Assembly (NCBI RefSeq): GCF_964204645.1
Contig: NW_027437459.1
Coordinates: 1-64,000, forward strand
DNA: 64,000 bases
From: Tubulanus polymorphus
Taxonomy: Eukaryota > Animalia > Nemertea
Reading direction: 5' to 3'
Under the pieces are notes generated by a model. It had not been told where the DNA came from. It did no database searches and saw nothing but the letters and a program-made list of their open reading frames with translations. The translations under genes were made by a program, and so were the position numbers. Positions 53,501 to 64,000 of this stretch are shown piece after piece (the stretch's first letter is position 1; every line of letters starts with the position of its first letter).

Positions 53501-54396
53501 ATAGATGGACTGAAAGATACAGATTTTTCTTGCAAAATAGGGTCCTAAAGATGATGAGTTCTATCTTAATTGATTGGTTAGGGTGTACTGAACTGATTTC
53601 AAATAGATAGGTGGAAAGATTAAGAATTTTCTGGCTATTTATGCTCCTGAAGATGATGGACTCGTTCTGAAATGATAGGTTAAGGTAAACTGAACTGATT
53701 TCGTGTAGATGGACTGAAAGATACAGATTTTTCTTGCAAAATAGGGTCCTAAAGATGATGAATTCTATCTTAATTGATGGGTTAGGGTGTACTGAACTGA
53801 TTTCAAATAGATAGGTTGAAAGAATCAGAATTTTCTGGCTGCTTTTGGTTCTGAAGATGATGGATTCAATCTGAAAAGATGTGTTAAGGCGTATTGAACT
53901 GATTTAAAATAGATAGGTGGAAAGATTAAGAATTTTCTGGCTATTTATGCTCCTGAAGATGATGGACTCGATCTGAAATGATAGGTTAAGGTAAACTGAA
54001 CTGATTTCGAGTAGATGGACTTAAAGATACAGATTTTTCTTGCAAAATAGGGTCCTAAAGATGATGAGTTCTATCTTAATTGATGGGTTAGGGTGTACTG
54101 AACTGATTTCAAATAGATAGGTTGAAAGATTAAGAATTTTCTGGCTATTTATGCTCCTGAAGATGATGGACTCGATCTGAAATGATAGGTTAAGGTAAAC
54201 TGAATTGATTTCGAGTAGATGGACTGAAAGATACAGATTTTTCTTGCAAAATAGGGTCCTAAAGATGATGAATTCTATCTTAATTGATGGGTTAGGGTGT
54301 ACTGAACTGATTTCAAATAGATAGGTTGAAAGAATCAGAATTTTCTGGCTGCTTTTGGTTCTGAAGATGATGGATTCAATCTGAAAAGATGTGTTA
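50538..54396 (+). repeat. 1835-bp (18-monomer) tandem duplication, itself copied at 58488-62346
   Basis: caGgattttcAgg, ctcgTtct and gaaTtgatt (52370/54205) recur at +1835. ORF pairs 50785/52620 and 58735/60570 have the same offset. Confidence 0.9.
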
Positions 54397-55829
54397 AGGC
54401 GTATTGAACTGATTTAAAATAGATAGGTGGAAAGATTAAGAATTTTCTGGCTATTTATGCTCCTGAAGATGATGGACTCGATCTGAAATGATAGGTTAAG
54501 GTAAACTGAACGGATTTCGAGTAGATGGACTTAAAGATACAGATTTTTCTTGCAAAATAGTGTCCTAAAGATGATGAGTTCTATCTTAATTGATGGGTTA
54601 GGGTGTACTGAACTGATTTCAAATAGATAGGTTGAAAGATTAAGAATTTTCTGGCTATTTATGCTCCTGAAGATGATGGACTCGATCTGAAATGATAGGT
54701 TAAGGTAAACTGAACTGATTTCGAGCAGATGGACTGAAAGATACAGATTTTTCTTGCAAAATAGGGTCCTAAAGATGATGAATTCTATCTTAATTTATGG
54801 GTTAGGGTGAACTGAACTGATTTCAAATAGATAGGTGGAAAGAATCAGAATTTTCTGGCTGCCTTTGGTTCTGAAGATGATGGACTCAATCTGAAAAGAT
54901 GGGCTAAGGCGTATTGAACTGATTTCAAATAGATAGGTGGAAAGATTAAGAATTGTCTGGCTATTTATGCTCCTGAAGATGATGGACTCGATCTGAAATG
55001 ATAGGTTAAGGTAAACTGAACTGATTTCGAGTAGATGGACTGAAAGATACAAATTTTTCTTGCAAAATAGGGTCCTAAAGATGATGAATTCTATCTTAAT
55101 TGATGGGTTAGGGTGTACTGAACTGATTTCAAATAGATAGGTTGAAAGAATCAGAATTTTCTGGCTGCTTTTGGTTCTGAAGATGATGGATTCAATCTGA
55201 AAAGATGTGTTAAGGCGTATTGAACTGATTTAAAATAGATAGGTGGAAAGATTAAGAATTTTCTGGCTATTTATGCTCCTGAAGATGATGGACTCGATCT
55301 GAAATGATAGGTTAAGGTAAACTGAACTGATTTCGAGTAGATGGACTGAAAGATACAGATTTTTTCTTGCAAAATAGGGTCCTAAAGATGATGAGTTCTA
55401 TCTTAATTGATGGGTTAGGGTGTACTGAACTGATTTCAAATAGATAGGTTGAAAGATTAAGAATTTTCTGGCTATTTATGCTCCTGAAGATGATGGACTC
55501 GATCTGAAATGATAGGTTAAGGTAAACTGATTTCGAGCAGATGGACTGAAAGATACAGATCTTTCTTGCAAAATAGGGTCCTAAAGATGATGAATTCTAT
55601 CTTAATTGATGGGTTAGGGTGAACTGAACTGATTTCAAATAGATAGGTGGAAAGAATCAGAATTTTCTGGCTGCCTTTGGTTCTGAAGATGATGGACTCA
55701 ATCTGAAAAGATGGGCTAAGGCGTATTGAACTGATTTCAAATAGATAGGTGGAAAGATTAAGAATTTTCTGGCTATTTATGCTCCTGAGGATGATGCACT
55801 CGATCTGAAAGGATAGGTTAAGGTAGACT

Positions 55830-58140
55830 GAACTGATTTCGAGTAGATGGACTGAAAGATACAGATTTTTCTTGCAAAATAGGGTCCTAAAGATGATGAA
55901 TTCTATCTTAATTGATGGGTAAGGGTGTACTGAACTGATTTCAAATAGATAGGTTGAAAGAATCAGAATTTTCTGGCTGCTTTTGGTTCTGAAGATGATG
56001 GATTCAATCTGAAAAGATGTGTTAAGGCGCATTGAACTGATTTCAAATAGATAGGTGGAAAGATTAAGAATTTTCTGGCTATTTATGCTCCTGAAGATGA
56101 TGGACTCGATCTGAAATGATAGGTTAAGGTAAACTGAACTGATTTCGAGTAGATGGACTGAAAGATACAGATTTTTCTTGCAAAATAGGGTCCTAAAGAT
56201 GATGAATTCTATCTTAATTGATGGGTTAGGGTGTACTGAACTGATTTCAAATAGATAGGTGGAAAGATTAAGAATTTTCTGGCTATTTATGCTCCTGAAG
56301 ATGATGGACTCGATCTGAAATGATAGGTTAAGGTAAACTGAACTGATTTCGAGCAGATGGACTGAAAGATACAGATTTTTCTTGCAAAATAGGGTCCTAA
56401 GGATGATGAATTCTATCTTAATTGATGGGTTAGGGTGAACTGAACTGATTTCAAATAGATAGGTGGAAAGAATCAGAATTTTCTGGCTGCCTTTGGTTCT
56501 GAAGATGATGGACTCAATCTGAAAAGATGGGCTAAGGCGTATTGAACTGATTTCAAATAGATAGGTGGAAAGATTAAGAATTTTCTGGCTATTTATGCTC
56601 CTGAAGATGATGGACTCGATCTGAAATGATAGGTTAAGGTAAACTGAACTGATTTCGAGCAGATGGACTGAAAGATACAGATTTTTGTTGCAAAATAGGG
56701 TCCTAAAGATGATGAATTCTATCTTAATTGATGGGTTAGGGTGAACTGAACTGATTTCAAATAGATAGGTGGAAAGAATCAGAATTTTCTGGCTGCCTTT
56801 GGTTCTGAAGATGATGGACTCAATCTGAAAAGATGGGCTAAGGCGTATTGAACTGATTTCAAATAGATAGGTGTAAAGATTAAGAATTTTCTGGCTATTT
56901 ATGCTCCTGAAGATGATGGACTCGATCTGAAATGATAGGTTAAGGTAAACTGAACTGATTTCGAGTAGATGGACTGAAAGATACAGATTTTTCTTGCAAA
57001 ATAGGGTCCTAAAGATGATGAATTCTATCTTAATTGATGGGTAAGGGTGTACTGAACTGATTTCAAATAGATAGGTTGAAAGAATCAGAATTTTCTGGCT
57101 GCTTTTGGTTCTGAAGATGATGGATTCAATCTGAAAAGATGTGTTAAGGCGCATTGAACTGATTTCAAATAGATAGGTGGAAAGATTAAGAATTTTCTGG
57201 CTATTTATGCTCCTGAAGATGATGGACTCGATCTGAAATGATAGGTTAAGGTAAACTGAACTGATTTCGAGTAGATGGACTGAAAGATACAGATTTTTCT
57301 TGCAAAATAGGGTCCTAAAGATGATGAATTCTATCTTAATTGATGGGTTAGGGTGTACTGAACTGATTTCAAATAGATAGGTGGAAAGATTAAGAATTTT
57401 CTGGCTATTTATGCTCCTGAAGATGATGGACTCGATCTGAAATGATAGGTTAAGGTAAACTGAACTGATTTCGAGCAGATGGACTGAAAGATACAGATTT
57501 TTCTTGCAAAATAGGGTCCTAAGGATGATGAATTCTATCTTAATTGATGGGTTAGGGTGAACTGAACTGATTTCAAATAGATAGGTGGAAAGAATCAGAA
57601 TTTTCTGGCTGCCTTTGGTTCTGAAGATGATGGACTCAATCTGAAAAGATGGGCTAAGGCGTATTGAACTGATTTCAAATAGATAGGTGGAAAGATTAAG
57701 AATTTTCTGGCTATTTATGCTCCTGAAGATGATGGACTCGATCTGAAATGATAGGTTAAGGTAAACTGAACTGATTTCGAGCAGATGGACTGAAAGATAC
57801 AGATTTTTGTTGCAAAATAGGGTCCTAAAGATGATGAATTCTATCTTAATTGATGGGTTAGGGTGAACTGAACTGATTTCAAATAGATAGGTGGAAAGAA
57901 TCAGAATTTTCTGGCTGCCTTTGGTTCTGAAGATGATGGACTCAATCTGAAAAGATGGGCTAAGGCGTATTGAACTGATTTCAAATAGATAGGTGTAAAG
58001 ATTAAGAATTTTCTGGCTATTTATGCTCCTGAAGATGATGGACTCGATCTGAAATGATAGGTTAAGGTAAACTGAACTGATTTCGAGTAGATGGACTGAA
58101 AGATACAGATTTTTCTTGCAAAATAGGGTCCTAAAGATGA
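55830..58140 (+). repeat. 1122-bp (11-monomer) tandem duplication
   Basis: gggtAaggg is at 55921/57043. ggcgCatt, ctaaGgat, ttttGttgc and ggtgTaaag all recur at +1122. Confidence 0.87.
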
Positions 58141-61100
58141 TGAATTCTATCTTAATTGATGGGTTAGGGTGTACTGAACTGATTTCAAATAGATAGGTGG
58201 AAAGATTAAGAATTTTCTGGCTATTTATGCTCCTGAAGATGATGGACTCGATCTGAAATGATAGGTTAAGGTTGACTGAACTGATTCTGAATAGATGGAC
58301 TGAAAGATACAGATTTTTCTTGCAAAATAGGGTCCTAAAGATGATGAGTTCTATCTTAATTGATTGGTTAGGGTGTACTGAACTGATTTCAAATAGATAG
58401 GTGGAAAGATTAAGAATTTTCTGTCTATTTATGCTCCTGAAGATGATGGACTCGATCTGAAATGATAGGTTAAGGTAAACTGAACTGATTTCGAGTAGAT
58501 GGACTGAAAGATACAGATTTTTCTTGCAAAATAGGGTCCTAAAGATGATGAATTCTATCTTAATTGATGGGTTAGGGTGTACTGAACTGATTTCAAATAG
58601 ATAGGTTGAAAGAATCAGAATTTTCTGGCTGCTTTTGGTTCTGAAGATGATGGATTCAATCTGAAAAGATGTGTTATGGCGTATTGAACTGATTTCAAAT
58701 AGATAGGTGGAAAGATTAAGAATTTTCTGGCTATTTATGCTCCTGAAGATGATTGACTCGATCTGAAATGATAGGTTAGGTAGACTGAACTGATTTCGAG
58801 TAGATGGACTGAAAGATACAGATTTTTCTTGCAAAATAGGGTCCTAAAGATGATGAGTTCTATCTTAATTGATGGGTTAGGGTGTACTGAACTGATTTCA
58901 AATAGATAGGTGGAAAGATTAAGAATTTTCTGGTTATTTATGCTCCTGAAGATGATGGACTCGATCTGAAATGATAGGTTAAGGTAAACTGAACTGATTT
59001 CGAGTAGATGGACTGAAAGATACAGATTTTTCTTGCAAAACAGGGTCCTAAAGATGATGAATTCTATCTTGATTGATGGGTTAAGGCGTATTGAACTGAT
59101 TTCAAATAGATAGGTGGAAAGAATCAGGATTTTCAGGCTGCCTTTGGTTCTGAAGATGATGGACTCAATCTGAAAAGATGGGCTAATGCGTATTGAACTG
59201 ATTTCAAATAGATAGGTGGAAAGATTAAGAATTTTCTGGCTATTTATGCTCCTGAAGATGATGGACTCGATCTGAAATGATAGGTTAAGGTAAACTGAAC
59301 TGATTTCGAGTAGATGGACTGAAAGATACAAATTTTTCTTGCAAAATAGGGTCCAAAAGATGATGAATTCTATCTTAATTGATGGGTTAGGGTGTACTGA
59401 ACTGATTTCAAATAGATAGGTTGAAAGAATCAGAATTTTCGGGCTGCTTTTGGTTCTGAAGATGATGGATTCAATCTGAAAAGATGTGTTAAGGCGTATT
59501 GAACTGATTTCAAATAGATAGGTGGAAAGATTAAGAATTTTCTGGCTATTTATGCTCCTGAAGATGATGGACTCGATCTGAAATGATAGGTTAAGGTAGA
59601 CTGAACTGATTCTGAATAGATGGACTGAAAGATACAGATTTTTCTTGCAAAATAGGGTCCTAAAGATGATGAGTTCTATCTTAATTGATTGGTTAGGGTG
59701 TACTGAACTGATTTCAAATAGATAGGTGGAAAGATTAAGAATTTTCTGGCTATTTATGCTCCTGAAGATGATGGACTCGTTCTGAAATGATAGGTTAAGG
59801 TAAACTGAACTGATTTCGAGTAGATGGACTGAAAGATACAGATTTTTCTTGCAAAATAGGGTCCTAAAGATGATGAATTCTATCTTAATTGATGGGTTAG
59901 GGTGTACTGAACTGATTTCAAATAGATAGGTTGAAAGAATCAGAATTTTCTGGCTGCTTTTGGTTCTGAAGATGATGGATTCAATCTGAAAAGATGTGTT
60001 AAGGCGTATTGAACTGATTTAAAATAGATAGGTGGAAAGATTAAGAATTTTCTGGCTATTTATGCTCCTGAAGATGATGGACTCGATCTGAAATGATAGG
60101 TTAAGGTAAACTGAACTGATTTCGAGTAGATGGACTTAAAGATACAGATTTTTCTTGCAAAATAGGGTCCTAAAGATGATGAGTTCTATCTTAATTGATG
60201 GGTTAGGGTGTACTGAACTGATTTCAAATAGATAGGTTGAAAGATTAAGAATTTTCTGGCTATTTATGCTCCTGAAGATGATGGACTCGATCTGAAATGA
60301 TAGGTTAAGGTAAACTGAATTGATTTCGAGTAGATGGACTGAAAGATACAGATTTTTCTTGCAAAATAGGGTCCTAAAGATGATGAATTCTATCTTAATT
60401 GATGGGTTAGGGTGTACTGAACTGATTTCAAATAGATAGGTTGAAAGAATCAGAATTTTCTGGCTGCTTTTGGTTCTGAAGATGATGGATTCAATCTGAA
60501 AAGATGTGTTATGGCGTATTGAACTGATTTCAAATAGATAGGTGGAAAGATTAAGAATTTTCTGGCTATTTATGCTCCTGAAGATGATTGACTCGATCTG
60601 AAATGATAGGTTAGGTAGACTGAACTGATTTCGAGTAGATGGACTGAAAGATACAGATTTTTCTTGCAAAATAGGGTCCTAAAGATGATGAGTTCTATCT
60701 TAATTGATGGGTTAGGGTGTACTGAACTGATTTCAAATAGATAGGTGGAAAGATTAAGAATTTTCTGGTTATTTATGCTCCTGAAGATGATGGACTCGAT
60801 CTGAAATGATAGGTTAAGGTAAACTGAACTGATTTCGAGTAGATGGACTGAAAGATACAGATTTTTCTTGCAAAACAGGGTCCTAAAGATGATGAATTCT
60901 ATCTTGATTGATGGGTTAAGGCGTATTGAACTGATTTCAAATAGATAGGTGGAAAGAATCAGGATTTTCAGGCTGCCTTTGGTTCTGAAGATGATGGACT
61001 CAATCTGAAAAGATGGGCTAATGCGTATTGAACTGATTTCAAATAGATAGGTGGAAAGATTAAGAATTTTCTGGCTATTTATGCTCCTGAAGATGATGGA

Positions 61101-64000
61101 CTCGATCTGAAATGATAGGTTAAGGTAAACTGAACTGATTTCGAGTAGATGGACTGAAAGATACAAATTTTTCTTGCAAAATAGGGTCCAAAAGATGATG
61201 AATTCTATCTTAATTGATGGGTTAGGGTGTACTGAACTGATTTCAAATAGATAGGTTGAAAGAATCAGAATTTTCGGGCTGCTTTTGGTTCTGAAGATGA
61301 TGGATTCAATCTGAAAAGATGTGTTAAGGCGTATTGAACTGATTTCAAATAGATAGGTGGAAAGATTAAGAATTTTCTGGCTATTTATGCTCCTGAAGAT
61401 GATGGACTCGATCTGAAATGATAGGTTAAGGTAGACTGAACTGATTCTGAATAGATGGACTGAAAGATACAGATTTTTCTTGCAAAATAGGGTCCTAAAG
61501 ATGATGAGTTCTATCTTAATTGATTGGTTAGGGTGTACTGAACTGATTTCAAATAGATAGGTGGAAAGATTAAGAATTTTCTGGCTATTTATGCTCCTGA
61601 AGATGATGGACTCGTTCTGAAATGATAGGTTAAGGTAAACTGAACTGATTTCGAGTAGATGGACTGAAAGATACAGATTTTTCTTGCAAAATAGGGTCCT
61701 AAAGATGATGAATTCTATCTTAATTGATGGGTTAGGGTGTACTGAACTGATTTCAAATAGATAGGTTGAAAGAATCAGAATTTTCTGGCTGCTTTTGGTT
61801 CTGAAGATGATGGATTCAATCTGAAAAGATGTGTTAAGGCGTATTGAACTGATTTAAAATAGATAGGTGGAAAGATTAAGAATTTTCTGGCTATTTATGC
61901 TCCTGAAGATGATGGACTCGATCTGAAATGATAGGTTAAGGTAAACTGAACTGATTTCGAGTAGATGGACTTAAAGATACAGATTTTTCTTGCAAAATAG
62001 GGTCCTAAAGATGATGAGTTCTATCTTAATTGATGGGTTAGGGTGTACTGAACTGATTTCAAATAGATAGGTTGAAAGATTAAGAATTTTCTGGCTATTT
62101 ATGCTCCTGAAGATGATGGACTCGATCTGAAATGATAGGTTAAGGTAAACTGAATTGATTTCGAGTAGATGGACTGAAAGATACAGATTTTTCTTGCAAA
62201 ATAGGGTCCTAAAGATGATGAATTCTATCTTAATTGATGGGTTAGGGTGTACTGAACTGATTTCAAATAGATAGGTTGAAAGAATCAGAATTTTCTGGCT
62301 GCTTTTGGTTCTGAAGATGATGGATTCAATCTGAAAAGATGTGTTAAGGCGTATTGAACTGATTTAAAATAGATAGGTGGAAAGATTAAGAATTTTCTGG
62401 CTATTTATGCTCCTGAAGATGATGGACTCGATCTGAAATGATAGGTTAAGGTAAACTGAACGGATTTCGAGTAGATGGACTTAAAGATACAGATTTTTCT
62501 TGCAAAATAGGGTCCTAAAGATGATGAGTTCTATCTTAATTGATGGGTTAGGGTGTACTGAACTGATTTCAAATAGATAGGTTGAAAGATTAAGAATTTT
62601 CTGGCTATTTATGCTCCTGAAGATGATGGACTCGATCTGAAATGATAGGTTAAGGTAAACTGAACTGATTTCGAGCAGATGGACTGAAAGATACAGATTT
62701 TTCTTGCAAAATAGGGTCCTAAAGATGATGAATTCTATCTTAATTTATGGGTTAGGGTGAACTGAACTGATTTCAAATAGATAGGTGGAAAGAATCAGAA
62801 TTTTCTGGCTGCCTTTGGTTCTGAAGATGATGGACTCAATCTGAAAAGATGGGCTAAGGCGTATTGAACTGATTTCAAATAGATAGGTGGAAAGATTAAG
62901 AATTGTCTGGCTATTTATGCTCCTGAAGATGATGGACTCGATCTGAAATGATAGGTTAAGGTAAACTGAACTGATTTCGAGTAGATGGACTGAAAGATAC
63001 AAATTTTTCTTGCAAAATAGGGTCCTAAAGATGATGAATTCTATCTTAATTGATGGGTTAGGGTGTACTGAACTGATTTCAAATAGATAGGTTGAAAGAA
63101 TCAGAATTTTCTGGCTGCTTTTGGTTCTGAAGATGATGGATTCAATCTGAAAAGATGTGTTAAGGCGTATTGAACTGATTTAAAATAGATAGGTGGAAAG
63201 ATTAAGAATTTTCTGGCTATTTATGCTCCTGAAGATGATGGACTCGATCTGAAATGATAGGTTAAGGTAAACTGAACTGATTTCGAGTAGATGGACTGAA
63301 AGATACAGATTTTTTCTTGCAAAATAGGGTCCTAAAGATGATGAGTTCTATCTTAATTGATGGGTTAGGGTGTACTGAACTGATTTCAAATAGATAGGTT
63401 GAAAGATTAAGAATTTTCTGGCTATTTATGCTCCTGAAGATGATGGACTCGATCTGAAATGATAGGTTAAGGTAAACTGAACTGATTTCGAGCAGATGGA
63501 CTGAAAGATACAGATCTTTCTTGCAAAATAGGGTCCTAAAGATGATGAATTCTATCTTAATTGATGGGTTAGGGTGAACTGAACTGATTTCAAATAGATA
63601 GGTGGAAAGAATCAGAATTTTCTGGCTGCCTTTGGTTCTGAAGATGATGGACTCAATCTGAAAAGATGGGCTAAGGCGTATTGAACTGATTTCAAATAGA
63701 TAGGTGGAAAGATTAAGAATTTTCTGGCTATTTATGCTCCTGAGGATGATGCACTCGATCTGAAAGGATAGGTTAAGGTAGACTGAACTGATTTCGAGTA
63801 GATGGACTGAAAGATACAGATTTTTCTTGCAAAATAGGGTCCTAAAGATGATGAATTCTATCTTAATTGATGGGTAAGGGTGTACTGAACTGATTTCAAA
63901 TAGATAGGTTGAAAGAATCAGAATTTTCTGGCTGCTTTTGGTTCTGAAGATGATGGATTCAATCTGAAAAGATGTGTTAAGGCGCATTGAACTGATTTCA

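Larger units (their letters stand above)
1..64000. repeat. Tandem satellite DNA array, 102-bp monomer (~627 copies), higher-order (A)BC organisation; runs off both window edges
   Basis: The anchor GAACTGATTT recurs at 43, 145, 246, 348, 450, 552, 654 ... 63989. 63989-43 = 63946 = 627x102 - 8. All copies are in the same orientation and no non-repeat sequence was seen. Confidence 0.99.
50538..64000 (+). repeat. Duplication with 7950/7955-bp (78-monomer) offset (50538-56045 vs 58488-64000+)
   Basis: ORF pairs 50785/58735, 52186/60136 and 54795/62745 have the same offset. The only differences noticed are at 53704, at 54561 and a 5-bp deletion at ~55530. Confidence 0.9.

Noticed and set aside
194-63987. 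All minus-strand ORFs in the supplied track as protein-coding genes
   Set aside because: They are the same open frame of a 34-codon repeat. Starts and ends are set by recurring satellite SNPs and 1-bp indels, most starts are TTG, and there is no unique N- or C-terminal domain. Divergence shows no third-position bias.
1-64000. CRISPR array (conserved ~30-bp head alternating with variable segments)
   Set aside because: The intervening segments are not unique spacers but three homologous families repeated hundreds of times. There is no leader and no cas gene.
1-64000. 5S rRNA, tRNA or snRNA tandem gene cluster, or rDNA spacer
   Set aside because: I found no recognisable RNA-gene sequence, cloverleaf or extended pairing, and no gene/spacer alternation.
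1-64000. Assignment to a named satellite family or organism
   Set aside because: I do not recognise the consensus, and naming it would require a database search that I cannot run.

Overview
The whole 64-kb window is one uninterrupted, head-to-tail, single-orientation tandem satellite DNA array. I found no unique sequence, gene, transposon or inversion. The basic monomer is 102 bp, with ~627 copies, ~36% GC and a G-rich plus strand (76 G vs 35 C per ABC trimer). It exists as three diverged families, here called A, B and C; by hand count the consensuses differ at 16 (A/B), 25 (B/C) and 28 (A/C) of 102 positions. The families follow a strict grammar, (A)BC: 306-bp trimers are interleaved aperiodically with 204-bp BC dimers, plus five copies of one AABC tetramer. 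Above this level are nested, near-identical block duplications with offsets of about 0.9, 1.1, 1.8, 3.5, 3.6, 5-6, 8, 19.4 and 27.8 kb. Below it, the monomer shows traces of a 34-bp ancestral subunit. All ORFs in the supplied track are the single stop-free minus-strand frame of the 34-codon monomer and are very likely non-coding. The architecture is typical of a eukaryotic centromeric, pericentromeric or subtelomeric higher-order-repeat satellite. I do not recognise the family or organism. All counts were made by eye.
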